NCBI GenBank assembly: GCA_031385045.1 | Contig: JANNBC010000054.1 | Span: forward strand, 32,001-96,000 | Length of the DNA: 64,000 bases | Origin: a bacterium | Lineage (GTDB): Bacteria > Bdellovibrionota_C > UBA2361 > CALJRW01 | Direction: 5' to 3' | Shown: one piece after another, positions 38,137-48,231 of the stretch | Position numbering within the stretch: the stretch's first letter is position 1 | Layout of the letters: every line of letters begins with the position of its first letter | Notes under the pieces: model-generated | What the model was told of the DNA's origin: nothing | Seen by the model: the letters and a program-made list of their open reading frames with translations, nothing else | Databases searched by the model: none | Translations under genes and position numbers: made by a program

Positions 38137-39345
38137 ATGGTTCAAAGAAACAAAAATATCGCGAAACTCCCTGCTGGCTACCTATTCCCTGTGATTGCTA
38201 AGAAGCGTCGTGAATATCAAGAAAAAAATCCTACAGCTAAAATTATTTCACTAGGAATTGGTGATACTCCTGGGCCACTTCCAAAAAACATCACAGATGG
38301 CTTAGTAAAAGCTGCCGAAGGAATGGGAACAGCAGAAGGTTATTCTGGCTATCCAGACTTGGGCTTGCTAAAGCTTCGACAGTTAATCAACCAAAGATTT
38401 TACAACAACCAATTAGACCCTGACGAAATTTTGATTTCGGATGGAGCTAAGTGTGATGTCGGAAGACTTCAAGTCCTCTTTGGTGCTGATGTAAAAATTG
38501 CCGTGCAAGATCCTGTCTATCCGGCATATGTTGATTCCAGTGTTGCACTTGGACAGACTGGTGAATTTAACCCAGAGACTAAACAGTTTGGAGGCATTAC
38601 CTACTTACCGTGCAATCCCGCCAATAATTTCTTTCCAGACTTAACTCCAGCAAAAAATTCAGATTTGATTTTTATCTGCTCCCCTAATAATCCAACAGGG
38701 GCTTGTGCAAATCGCCAACAACTAACTGAGTTGGTTGCCTTTGCCAAAGCTAATAAGGCCATCATTATGTACGATGCTGCTTACAGCGTCTTCATTCAAG
38801 ATCCAGAACTTCCAAAATCAATTTTTGAAATTCCCGGAGCTAAAGATGTGGCGATTGAAATGCACTCTTTTTCTAAGTCCGCTAGCTTTACTGGAGTTCG
38901 CTTAGGTTGGACAGTTGTACCGAAAGACTTAAAATTTGATGATGGATCTTCCGTATTAAATGATTGGATTAGACTAACAAACACAATCTATAATGGGACC
39001 TCACACATTACTCAGTTGGGTGGGATTGGAGCACTGGAAGATTCTGGCTGGGAAGAAATCAAGCAAATGACTGCTGAGTTTTTAGAAAATGCCAGGTTAA
39101 TCAAAGACGCATTAGTTAAAAAAGATGTCGAAGTTTATGCTGGAGAAAACGCTCCCTACCTTTGGGCTAAAATCCCAGGCCGAACATCTTGGGAAACTTT
39201 TGATTATCTCCTAGAGCAAGCTCAAATTGTTTGTACTCCTGGTTCTGGATTTGGAATTGCAGGCGAAGGATTTGTTCGCTTTAGTGCCTTTGGCAAAAGA
39301 GCTGATATCCTAGAAGCAATCAAGCGACTAGAAAAGTTTCTATAA
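38137..39345 (+). CDS. dapL: LL-diaminopimelate aminotransferase
   Basis: GYLFP.I, ISLGIGD, SDGAKCD, QDP.YP.YVD, PNNPTG, SFSK.A.FTGVRLG, PGSGFG..GEGF.R.SAF. Confidence 0.93.
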   Translation: MVQRNKNIAKLPAGYLFPVIAKKRREYQEKNPTAKIISLGIGDTPGPLPKNITDGLVKAAEGMGTAEGYSGYPDLGLLKLRQLINQRFYNNQLDPDEILISDGAKCDVGRLQVLFGADVKIAVQDPVYPAYVDSSVALGQTGEFNPETKQFGGITYLPCNPANNFFPDLTPAKNSDLIFICSPNNPTGACANRQQLTELVAFAKANKAIIMYDAAYSVFIQDPELPKSIFEIPGAKDVAIEMHSFSKSASFTGVRLGWTVVPKDLKFDDGSSVLNDWIRLTNTIYNGTSHITQLGGIGALEDSGWEEIKQMTAEFLENARLIKDALVKKDVEVYAGENAPYLWAKIPGRTSWETFDYLLEQAQIVCTPGSGFGIAGEGFVRFSAFGKRADILEAIKRLEKFL

Positions 39346-39569
39346 AGATCTTCAGCAAAAAAGACTTGAAGTAAAACAAGTATTTTTCTCCAATCCTTTT
39401 TGCAACTAGGATATTGAAATTACACTGTAAAATATCATTTTTCAGGCTTGCGATATTAGCCAGAACCTAGCAATTCATAAGAAAATTTTGAATAAGATCA
39501 CTAATAATGCTAAACTTTGGATACCAAATTAATGCTAGCTACCTAGTATTACCAATAATCTAAGCTAAA

Positions 39570-40346
39570 ATGAAGAACGAATTAAGCATCTACGCCTACT
39601 ACATCGGTAAGCAGGTAGATTTAAAAGATTTTAAAAAAGAGAAAATCCTAGCACGCGATCCACTGCTAATTGATCTAAATAAAGATCGTCTAGTCGCAGT
39701 CTTTCGTTATGGCGTAGTGGTAATGTTTAATTGCCCAGAAGATCTTAAAGATTATATTAACGATAAGTTAATCCCCGAAGACCTAGGGGAGAAACCAATC
39801 CTACTTAGCGAAAAATCTAGACTCTTAATTGATCCTGATGGACAAGAAATTGCAACGGAGGAGTACATTCAAATTAAATCAGAAAACATTGAAAAATTTC
39901 AATTAATTGCTGAAATCCTAGCTCGCCACCTAGCCCTAGATTATTTTGAACAAACCGTAATCGATACTTTCAATAAATTACAGAACTTAATGAATAAGTT
40001 CGATCTACAAGCAACCAATCGTTATAAATCTAACGAACTTTACTCCTTAATTGAAGATGCCTTAATTGATAAAAGCAAACTTCTAGGACTAATTCAGTTA
40101 GGTGATAAGCCAGACTTAATTTGGGAATATCCTGAACTAGAAAAATTTTATAACCACCTAGATAACCACTTTGAAGTCCGCGAACGTTACAAAGTTTTAT
40201 ACGAAAAATTAGAGCTAATTGACTCTACCGCTAAGTCCTTACTAGAGGTTACTAACGTCCGTCATAGTATCCGCCTAGAGTGGTATATCATAATACTGAT
40301 TGTATTTGAGATTTGCTTAACACTTTACGATAAAATTTTTGCTTAA
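39570..40346 (+). CDS. RMD1/DUF155 family protein
   Basis: FRYGVVVMFN, DKPDLIWEYPELE.FY..L...FE..ER...L..KL, RLEWYIIILI.FEI. Confidence 0.85.
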   Translation: MKNELSIYAYYIGKQVDLKDFKKEKILARDPLLIDLNKDRLVAVFRYGVVVMFNCPEDLKDYINDKLIPEDLGEKPILLSEKSRLLIDPDGQEIATEEYIQIKSENIEKFQLIAEILARHLALDYFEQTVIDTFNKLQNLMNKFDLQATNRYKSNELYSLIEDALIDKSKLLGLIQLGDKPDLIWEYPELEKFYNHLDNHFEVRERYKVLYEKLELIDSTAKSLLEVTNVRHSIRLEWYIIILIVFEICLTLYDKIFA

Positions 40347-40373
40347 GAAGCGCAGTTTTAGTAAAAACATCAA

Positions 40374-41588
40374 GTGTTAAATAACAAACTTGAAATTACT
40401 ATCCCCCAGACAAATAAAGAGGCCTATGCCTTAGCGACTAAAATTGCGGAAAGTGCAGTCCCCGTTGGAGAAAACTTTAATGTTAAAACTTGGCGCAAAA
40501 GGATTGCTCGTAAAATCAACAAATCAACTCGGACGGCATCAGATGAAGAGCTAAGGACTATCAACCAAGCAAGCACTTTTGCAACAGCAGAATTTAAAAA
40601 ACTAGGTTTCCATAGCTTCCCTAAAAATGTTGGATTAATTAAGGAAGAATATCGTCGCACCACTGGGGCCTTAGATCTTGCCCGTGGCGCTGCTTATCAA
40701 GAGTTTCGCGGAATCTACCTCAGAGAAGAGGTAATCGAAAGTACTCCGAAGCTAGCCTTTGGCGTAGCAGTCCACGAACTCACTCACCTCTCTGCTCCAA
40801 TTAGCCTGGGACAAAATAACTACATTTCAATGGGTCTCTTAATGCACGGAGTGGGCGGTTCACGATTTTCTTTACTAGAAGAATTTGTTGCCGTTGCACT
40901 TCAAGTGAGAGCATTAAAAAGTATTGGCTTTCAAGAAGTTACCGAGGATAAACTACTTAACATCGCTCCTGATTCAAACTCATCTAGTATGCTTCAATTA
41001 GCAGCAATCTATGGAGAAATATATCAAACTCCAAAATATCAAAGTCAATGCATCCGACATAAAATTACCTTAGAAGATGCTGATTGGTGCAATCCACTGA
41101 GAATTCAAAAACAATTTACAAAATGTGGTATGCGAGCGATTTTCCCATACCAAATAAACCTCCCTTCACTAATTCTTAAATCCCATGACGAAGAAAACAG
41201 ATCTGGATATGGCGTTGCTTTTCAATCATTTGTAGATTTAACCTTTGAAATTGGCAAACGTTACTCAAGTAATTACAAATGTCGCGCAAACTTTGAAGAT
41301 TTACTAATTAAATATCATCAAACAAGAGATGTTAAGTCTGCTTTAAAATATATTTCTGGGGCAGTTGGGACTTCCGTAAACAAACCATTAGCTTTTCTCT
41401 GTCCACGAATCGATTTCAAAGATTCTGAACTCATTCGTGATAATTTACTATTTAGGATGTATGTTGATGCAGGTAAAATTACTAATACAGCAAAAAGGGA
41501 TAGTCTAAGAAGAGGACTATCCCTACTCTCGGCTAAAAGAGATCAGATCAAATTAGAATATATTCCATCAAGAAAATTAGTAACCTAA
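40374..41588 (+). CDS. Hypothetical protein with HExxH (possible Zn metallopeptidase)
   Basis: AVHELTH followed ~30 aa later by LLEEFVA. Confidence 0.5.
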   Translation: MLNNKLEITIPQTNKEAYALATKIAESAVPVGENFNVKTWRKRIARKINKSTRTASDEELRTINQASTFATAEFKKLGFHSFPKNVGLIKEEYRRTTGALDLARGAAYQEFRGIYLREEVIESTPKLAFGVAVHELTHLSAPISLGQNNYISMGLLMHGVGGSRFSLLEEFVAVALQVRALKSIGFQEVTEDKLLNIAPDSNSSSMLQLAAIYGEIYQTPKYQSQCIRHKITLEDADWCNPLRIQKQFTKCGMRAIFPYQINLPSLILKSHDEENRSGYGVAFQSFVDLTFEIGKRYSSNYKCRANFEDLLIKYHQTRDVKSALKYISGAVGTSVNKPLAFLCPRIDFKDSELIRDNLLFRMYVDAGKITNTAKRDSLRRGLSLLSAKRDQIKLEYIPSRKLVT

Positions 41589-41595
41589 CTTTTGA

Positions 41596-42027
41596 TTAAA
41601 CCCCATCAACACAAGTCATTCCACCACGAGACGACTTAGTATCTCGACATCCATTGCGGCGCTCCCGATCAGAACACTTACTAGATCTTTCATGAAACCC
41701 AGAAGGACAACGATCTGGTTCTTCGTGTTGAATAACTGGCGGTGGTGTAACTGGACGATGACTATTCTCCCACTGGATGCGCTCTCTTTCCCGCTCAAGT
41801 TGCTCGCGCTCTTCTCTTAAACGATCCCGTTCCCAACGATCTCGGTCTCTTTCCCGATCATAATCAGAACGAGAATCATACCGAGAGTCATATCTAGAAT
41901 CATAGCGATCATAACTTGAGCTTGGACGATAAGTTCCCCCGTTATCTGGATAGTAACCATCATCAGGAACACAAGCCGAAAGCATTACGCTAGAAAGACA
42001 AACAAAAGCAATAATTTTTAAACGCAT
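41596..42027 (-). CDS. Putative lipoprotein with low-complexity R/D/E region and Cys-rich C-terminus
   Basis: Lipobox LSAC; YDSR repeats; four Cys near the C-terminus. Confidence 0.7.
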   Translation of the reverse strand: MRLKIIAFVCLSSVMLSACVPDDGYYPDNGGTYRPSSSYDRYDSRYDSRYDSRSDYDRERDRDRWERDRLREEREQLERERERIQWENSHRPVTPPPVIQHEEPDRCPSGFHERSSKCSDRERRNGCRDTKSSRGGMTCVDGV

Positions 42028-42129
42028 ATTTTAAGTATTAAGTGCAAAAACAAGTACCTGATCAATATATAATCTTCGGACAGTAGATTACAAGTAATTA
42101 TTCACAAGCAACTAGCAAATAAATCAGGA

Positions 42130-43221
42130 TTACAAGGTGCCTTTTGTACTTGGAAGCCCCACTTGCCCCGAACTGGCAACAGCCTGCCTAATTACCTTAC
42201 CCAAAGCCTTAAAAGTTGCTTCGATTTTATGGTGTTCGTTATCACCTTCTATTTTGATACTTAAATTACACTTGGCACTATCAGAGAAAGACTTAAAGAA
42301 GTGTGGGAACATTTCTGTTGGCATGTCACCCACTTTTTCTCTTTTAAACTCTGCTTGCCAGACAAGCCAAGGGCGACCTGAAAAATCAAGTGCGACTTGA
42401 ACTAAGGCATCATCCATTGGTAGTGTAAAACCATAGCGATTAATTCCTCGCTTACTGCCCAGAGCCTGTGAGATTGCCTCTCCAAGTGCCAAGGCGGTAT
42501 CTTCAATTGTATGATGCTCATCAATTTCTAAATCACCTGCAACATTTAATACTAAATCAAAACCAGCATGAAAAGCTAACTGTTGTAACATGTGATCAAA
42601 GAAACTAAGTCCTGTCTTAATCTGAATCTGACCTTGTCCATCTAAGTTTAAGCTAAGATTAATCTTAGTTTCTTTGGTATTACGCTGATAATTGATGACG
42701 CGACCACTTGCTAGAATAAAATTAGTAATCTGAGACCAGTCGTTACTAATAAATGTTGCTTCCGAGCACGATTCACTACCCATATAAATTGACTTACTAC
42801 CAAGATTTTTAGCAAGCTCCACATCGGTTAAGCGGTCACCAATCACCCAAGAATTTACCAAATCAAATTCGGGACTCAAGTATTTAGTTAACAGTCCAGT
42901 ACCTGGTTTTCTAGTTGTTAGCTTTTGCTCAGCAAAAGATCGATCAATAAAAATATCACTAAAACTAACTCCCTCACTAGCAAAAATATCTAACATGAGC
43001 TTTTGAGCAGGCCAAAAATCCGCCTCTGGAAAACTAGCGGTCCCTAGACCATCCTGATTAGTAATAATTACAAACTGGAAATCACTAAAATCGGCTAATT
43101 TTTTTAGAGAGGAAATCACCTTTGGCAAAAATCTTAATTTATCTAGGCGATCTATTTGAAAGTTATCATCTGGTTCCCAAATTAATGTTCCATCGCGATC
43201 AAAGAAAATTACTTTTTTCAT
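42130..43221 (-). CDS. hisB: Bifunctional histidinol-phosphatase / imidazoleglycerol-phosphate dehydratase
   Basis: [57 protein letters not shown]. Confidence 0.96.
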   Translation of the reverse strand: MKKVIFFDRDGTLIWEPDDNFQIDRLDKLRFLPKVISSLKKLADFSDFQFVIITNQDGLGTASFPEADFWPAQKLMLDIFASEGVSFSDIFIDRSFAEQKLTTRKPGTGLLTKYLSPEFDLVNSWVIGDRLTDVELAKNLGSKSIYMGSESCSEATFISNDWSQITNFILASGRVINYQRNTKETKINLSLNLDGQGQIQIKTGLSFFDHMLQQLAFHAGFDLVLNVAGDLEIDEHHTIEDTALALGEAISQALGSKRGINRYGFTLPMDDALVQVALDFSGRPWLVWQAEFKREKVGDMPTEMFPHFFKSFSDSAKCNLSIKIEGDNEHHKIEATFKALGKVIRQAVASSGQVGLPSTKGTL

Positions 43222-44261
43222 ATTAGTTCCAAAGCTTTGATTAATTGTTGATTTTCAGTCGCAGTACCGACAGAAACTCGTAAACAATTCTCTACCAGAG
43301 AGTGCGCGCTAATTCTTCGAACTAATAAACCTTGAGATTTTAAAAACTCGTAGGCAGTTTCGGAATCAGCAACTTGAATCATTAAGAAATTGGCATCACT
43401 TGGGTAGAGTTTTAAAACTTTAGCGTTCTGAGACAAGGCAATAATTAATCGGTTTCGCTCTGCTAATAATTCTTTTACTGAATTAGTAGTAAATTCTGCG
43501 TCCTGTAAGGCTTGAGTTGCCCGCAGCTGTGTTAACAAGTTAATGTTATAGGGCATCTTAATTGTATTAAGAATTTCAATAATTTCAGAACTTGCAAAAG
43601 CTATTCCCACACGCAAGGCTGCTAAACCACAAGCCTTAGAAAGAGTTTGCAGAATAATTAAATTAGGGGAATTAACTATTTCTGTAATTAAAGATTCCTG
43701 TGTAGAAAAATCGATATAGGCCTCGTCCACAATCACAATCCCTGAAAACTCTTTAACCAAATTAATTAAATCACTTCGCTTAACAGAATTGCTTGTCGGA
43801 TTATTTGGCGAGCAAAGAAATAAGATTTTAGTTTTGGCTGAGAAACTAGCAATTAAAGCGGGAACATTTAACGAGAAATTTGGTAGCAAATCAACCTTAA
43901 CTACTTCAATGTTATTAACAGAAGAGGCAACTGCATACATCCCAAAAGTTGGCGGGGTAATAATTACTTGGTCACTTCCTGATGCACAAAAAATTCGGAT
44001 TAAGAGATCAATAATCTCATCACTGCCATTTCCAATAAAGATTTGATTACTAGCAACTTTTTTTAATTTGGAGATGACTTTTTTTAATTCTTTTTGATAA
44101 GGATCTGGGTAACGGTTTAAGTTAAGCAGATCGGGGCTCTTCGGGTTTTCATTAGCATCTAATAACACTAGTCCATCTCCGGAAGCTTCTCCACGTGCCG
44201 ATTTATAAGGTATTACTTTTAGAATATGTGGATTAACTAAATCCTTAATATTAATCTTCAT
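43218..44261 (-). CDS. hisC: Histidinol-phosphate aminotransferase
   Basis: LDANENP, NRYPDP, GNGSDE.ID, PTFGMY, PNNPT, DEAYIDF, TLSKA.GLA.LR.G. Confidence 0.95.
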   Translation of the reverse strand: MKINIKDLVNPHILKVIPYKSARGEASGDGLVLLDANENPKSPDLLNLNRYPDPYQKELKKVISKLKKVASNQIFIGNGSDEIIDLLIRIFCASGSDQVIITPPTFGMYAVASSVNNIEVVKVDLLPNFSLNVPALIASFSAKTKILFLCSPNNPTSNSVKRSDLINLVKEFSGIVIVDEAYIDFSTQESLITEIVNSPNLIILQTLSKACGLAALRVGIAFASSEIIEILNTIKMPYNINLLTQLRATQALQDAEFTTNSVKELLAERNRLIIALSQNAKVLKLYPSDANFLMIQVADSETAYEFLKSQGLLVRRISAHSLVENCLRVSVGTATENQQLIKALELI

Positions 44262-45777
44262 AGAATATTTGATCTAAGTCAGTAGTAAGATTTTCAAGCT
44301 GCAAACCTGAACCGATCTTGATTGGGGCATCTAAATACTGGTAAAGCTTTCGAGATAATTGATTACAATAAACGTCAACTAAGGGAAAGGAAAGGTTAGA
44401 ATCTGGCACAATCAATAAGCGAGAGGTGCGTTTTACTGAGCTGACAATCGCCTCAATTGGCAAGGGCCAAATTTGCTTTAAAATAATTATTTCTGGCTCT
44501 AAAGAATCACTAGCTTCTAGAAAACTTAGAACTTCTTGACTTGCCTTACCCCAAGTTAAAATTGTAAAGTCATCGCCCACGCAGGAAAAATGATCTTGCT
44601 GCTGGCTAAAATCCGCTAATAAGGAATTGGTTAATAGATAATTTACTATTATTGCTGATTGGCTAGGCATACTTGGTTGATTCAAGTAATTAATTATAAT
44701 CGGGCAATTATTACTTCGAGCATACTGCAAAAGTAGATTAGTACTAAGATTTGTTAAATTTTCTGAAGCAATCTGAAGAGTTAATTTAATATCGAAATCA
44801 ATTTGATTAAGTTCTAAAAGATAAGCATCTAATTTTTGAGAGTTAATGACTACTTTAGTTACTTCATTGTTTATTAAGGAACTTCTAAGCACTTGAGTTG
44901 TTAAGCCAATTTCTGAAGCTCCTCGAATTTCGATTTCTAATGAATCCTTAGATTTTACATCAGGGACTAAAGGGTAAAGAACCTCAGCTGGATCTGTAAT
45001 GATAATTTTTCTTTGCTCTAAGACTTCATGAAAAACAACTAGAGGATTATAATTACTTTCCGCATAGCTTGTCGGAATTAAAACCAGATTAATTTCTGTT
45101 GAAGAATTAATCAGCCGATCAAAGCTCTCTAGAAGATTATACGTCTCCACAGGTAAGACGGAAACTCTTCCTTGCTGTTCCAAGAATATCTTTTCCAGTT
45201 CCAAAAAAGAAAGCGATCGATCGTCATAAATTAAAAAAAAGTCAGCCCGACCGGAAGACTTACCAACAGAATTAATCAGTTTTTGCAGTTCTGAAAGCAT
45301 TGCTAAGTTAAATTCTGCAATAACTGCTAAATTATAATCTGCTAAATCTGTTACTAAAGAAAAATCTGGATTCTTCAGGGCATAAAGATTTAATAATTGA
45401 TGTTCAACAAAATGCTTTGATAAATGACCTACAGCTAATTCCTTTCCCAGAATGCCTTGCACAAACTCAGTAGCCGTAATGCTGGTTAGCCTTAAGGCCT
45501 CACCTAAGAAATTAGGAGTTAAACTAACAATTAAACTATTTGGAGAGCAGGCTAATAAACCGGAGAGAACTATTGCCTCTAGATAATTGGCGCTCCCCTG
45601 TTCTAAGTTACAAGCGGTTTTAATCAGATTAATACGACTAATTGAGTGATATATCTTATTTAAAACCTGAGGAGAGTACTTATAAGGCTCATACTCAGTA
45701 TATTGATAATCAGACTTGGGATTAAAAGTAACTGGTAATGTCATGAAATTGCGCGGTAAATTGCTTTGTAAAGTCAA
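44251..45777 (-). CDS. Highly divergent protein with transketolase/2-oxoacid dehydrogenase E1-beta-like C-terminal domain
   Basis: C-terminal G.D.TILTWG, LKQIWPLP.EAI.SSVKRT.RLLIV, YLDAPI; the rest is unrecognisable; start uncertain. Confidence 0.5.
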   Translation of the reverse strand: MTLQSNLPRNFMTLPVTFNPKSDYQYTEYEPYKYSPQVLNKIYHSISRINLIKTACNLEQGSANYLEAIVLSGLLACSPNSLIVSLTPNFLGEALRLTSITATEFVQGILGKELAVGHLSKHFVEHQLLNLYALKNPDFSLVTDLADYNLAVIAEFNLAMLSELQKLINSVGKSSGRADFFLIYDDRSLSFLELEKIFLEQQGRVSVLPVETYNLLESFDRLINSSTEINLVLIPTSYAESNYNPLVVFHEVLEQRKIIITDPAEVLYPLVPDVKSKDSLEIEIRGASEIGLTTQVLRSSLINNEVTKVVINSQKLDAYLLELNQIDFDIKLTLQIASENLTNLSTNLLLQYARSNNCPIIINYLNQPSMPSQSAIIVNYLLTNSLLADFSQQQDHFSCVGDDFTILTWGKASQEVLSFLEASDSLEPEIIILKQIWPLPIEAIVSSVKRTSRLLIVPDSNLSFPLVDVYCNQLSRKLYQYLDAPIKIGSGLQLENLTTDLDQIFYED

Positions 45778-45899
45778 ATCTTATACTATACCGCCGATGA
45801 TATAGCTTTTTTCAAAACTTTTAAAGTTGCTATTGTTAGCACTAAAATTTTTGAAAAATATCTGAATCAGCAATTTTTTTCCGTAGCTAAAATTTAGAT

Positions 45900-46598
45900 A
45901 TGAATAATCCTAACCGTGCACGGTTACTTGGCGAACTACAATACCGTCTTAACTACACATTCAAATCTCCTGAGCTATTAGAAGCTGCAATTACTCACCG
46001 CTCGGCAAAGAAATCGAATAAAGGACAGGACTATGAACAACTTGAATTTATTGGTGATGCTGTCTTAGATTTAGCCGTTGCTCACTTACTGTTAAAAAAT
46101 CATCCTAAGAAAAATGAAGGTGAACTTTCCAAGATGCGAGCAGCTTTAGTTAACACTGAATCTCTAGCCCAGATTTCTAGAGAACTCTCAGTCGGCCTAT
46201 TGATTAACATGAGCCAAAGCGAGCAGAATAGTGGTGGTGCTGAGAAAAATTCCATTCTAGCTGACGTTGTTGAAGCACTGTTTGGAGCAATTTATTTTGA
46301 AGCGGGATTTAGTCGTACTTTTGAAGTTGTGAGATTAATCTTTGATGCCCGCACTCTAAAAGTTAAACCTAAAGATCCTAAAACGGAATTGCAAGAGAAA
46401 CTACATGCCTTATCCTTGCCATCTCCTGAATATGTGGTGGAGGATTCCTCTGGACCTGACCATGCGCCAATTTTTTCTACGGTAGTAAAAGTAAATGAAG
46501 AAATTTGTGGTCGAGGCTCTGGAAATTCCAAGAAAGCATCGGAACAAGCAGCTGCCCTGGAAGCTTTAAAAAACATCGCGGAACAAAACAATGGATAA
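45900..46598 (+). CDS. rnc: Ribonuclease III
   Basis: AITHRS, EQLEFIGDAVL, EGELSK.RA, ADVVEA.FGAIY, dsRBD DPKT.LQE...GPDHAP.F. Confidence 0.96.
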   Translation: MNNPNRARLLGELQYRLNYTFKSPELLEAAITHRSAKKSNKGQDYEQLEFIGDAVLDLAVAHLLLKNHPKKNEGELSKMRAALVNTESLAQISRELSVGLLINMSQSEQNSGGAEKNSILADVVEALFGAIYFEAGFSRTFEVVRLIFDARTLKVKPKDPKTELQEKLHALSLPSPEYVVEDSSGPDHAPIFSTVVKVNEEICGRGSGNSKKASEQAAALEALKNIAEQNNG

Positions 46599-47961
46599 TA
46601 ATCAAAATACTATACCTTTAATAGCTATCGTTGGTCGAACTAACGTGGGTAAATCAACTCTTTTTAACTTACTCTCCCATCAGAATTTGGCAGTTGTTGC
46701 CGACAGGCCTGGAGTTACCAGAGATCGAAACTATGTCGTCTTAAACAATTATAGACGGCCTTTCTCGCTAGTCGACACAGGTGGTTTGCTTGGCGAAGAA
46801 AATAATAAACTTGCGACTGCCGTTACGGAGCAAACAGAGATTGCCATTCATGAAGCTGATCTAATTCTAGCAATCTTTGATGGTAAAAATGGTCACCATC
46901 CATTAGATTTAGAAGTTGTTGACCTACTGCGTAGAAGTAACAAGCCAGTTCTTTGGGTTGTTAACAAATGTGATGGCAAAGATTTCGAGACAAGAGCAAC
47001 TGAATTCTACAATTTGGGCTTAGAAGAATTACATTTAATTAGCGCAGCACATAACCAAGGTATTCGCGATCTATTTAAGGCAATCTGGGATAAATTATTT
47101 ATTTTTGATCAAAAAGAATTAAAACCAGAAGAAGAAGACAATACAATTAAAGTAGCTATTCTTGGAAAACCAAATGCTGGTAAATCAACTCTAGTTAACA
47201 AACTGCTTGGCGAGCAACGACAAATTACCTCCCCAATTGCTGGAACAACTAGAGATAGTGTCAACATCACACTAACTAGAGATGGACAAGATTTCAAACT
47301 AATCGATACCGCAGGTCTTCGAAAGCAAAGAAACATTGGCAAAGAGACAATGGAACAAATTTTCTCTTTCCGCACATTAAAATCTCTAGCGGAATGTGAT
47401 GTTGCTGTTCTAATGCTTGACGGAGAAGAAGGTATTCCAACCCACCAAGATGCCAAGATTGCCGATCTGATCCACCAACGTGGCAAAGGTCTCGTAATCG
47501 TTGTAAACAAATGGGATGCAGTAGAAAAAGATCATCGCACCGTTAAAGAGTATCAAGATCAAATTAAACAAGTACTACAGTTCTGTAGCTATGCACCAAT
47601 TGTGTTTACTTCAGCATTAACTGGAAAACGTTGCCCTTCAGTCTTAGAAGCGGTGAAGAAGGTCTATGAAGCTGGGAAACTTCGTATTAAAACCAATGAA
47701 ATTAACAACATTGTAGAAGCTGCGATCCAGAAGAACCCACCTCCAATTTACCGAGGCCTGCCAGTTAAGTTCTATTTTGCGACTCAGATTGACGGGAATC
47801 CTCCAACCTTTGTTTTATTTTTCAATAATCCAAAGCGGATAACTGAATCATATACCAGATATTTGAAGAATTATATTCGTGCTCAGCATCAATATATAGG
47901 ATATGATATTAAAATCATTACAAGAAAACGTCGTAGTAAGTATGAACAAGATAAGTCATAG
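46591..47961 (+). CDS. der: Ribosome biogenesis GTPase Der/EngA
   Basis: Two G domains (GRTNVGKST, GKPNAGKST, GTTRD, DTAG, NKWD) and KH-like tail. Confidence 0.97.
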   Translation: MDNNQNTIPLIAIVGRTNVGKSTLFNLLSHQNLAVVADRPGVTRDRNYVVLNNYRRPFSLVDTGGLLGEENNKLATAVTEQTEIAIHEADLILAIFDGKNGHHPLDLEVVDLLRRSNKPVLWVVNKCDGKDFETRATEFYNLGLEELHLISAAHNQGIRDLFKAIWDKLFIFDQKELKPEEEDNTIKVAILGKPNAGKSTLVNKLLGEQRQITSPIAGTTRDSVNITLTRDGQDFKLIDTAGLRKQRNIGKETMEQIFSFRTLKSLAECDVAVLMLDGEEGIPTHQDAKIADLIHQRGKGLVIVVNKWDAVEKDHRTVKEYQDQIKQVLQFCSYAPIVFTSALTGKRCPSVLEAVKKVYEAGKLRIKTNEINNIVEAAIQKNPPPIYRGLPVKFYFATQIDGNPPTFVLFFNNPKRITESYTRYLKNYIRAQHQYIGYDIKIITRKRRSKYEQDKS

Positions 47962-48231
47962 GACACTTGTTCTAGATTAGATTTTTTTGCTACGGATTTT
48001 AAAACCATTCATAAAGTCTGTAAAAGTTATGAAAGATCAAATCCCCTCTAAGGGGTCAATTTACAAAGTAAATTGGGGGTGGAGATAACTAGCCGTTCAC
48101 AAAATTGGACAAAGTCGATTAGATTTTGACCACTAGAAGAACTAGACATATGCTCCTTAAAACCATTTGGTAGTAAACTTTACTGACCCTGTGAACGGGG
48201 CTACCCGGCTTTTTAAGAAAATACATTTAGC

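Noticed and set aside
41780..41920. Short nucleotide repeats (GAATCATA-like) as an array
   Set aside because: Simply encode YDSR / RDR low-complexity protein sequence
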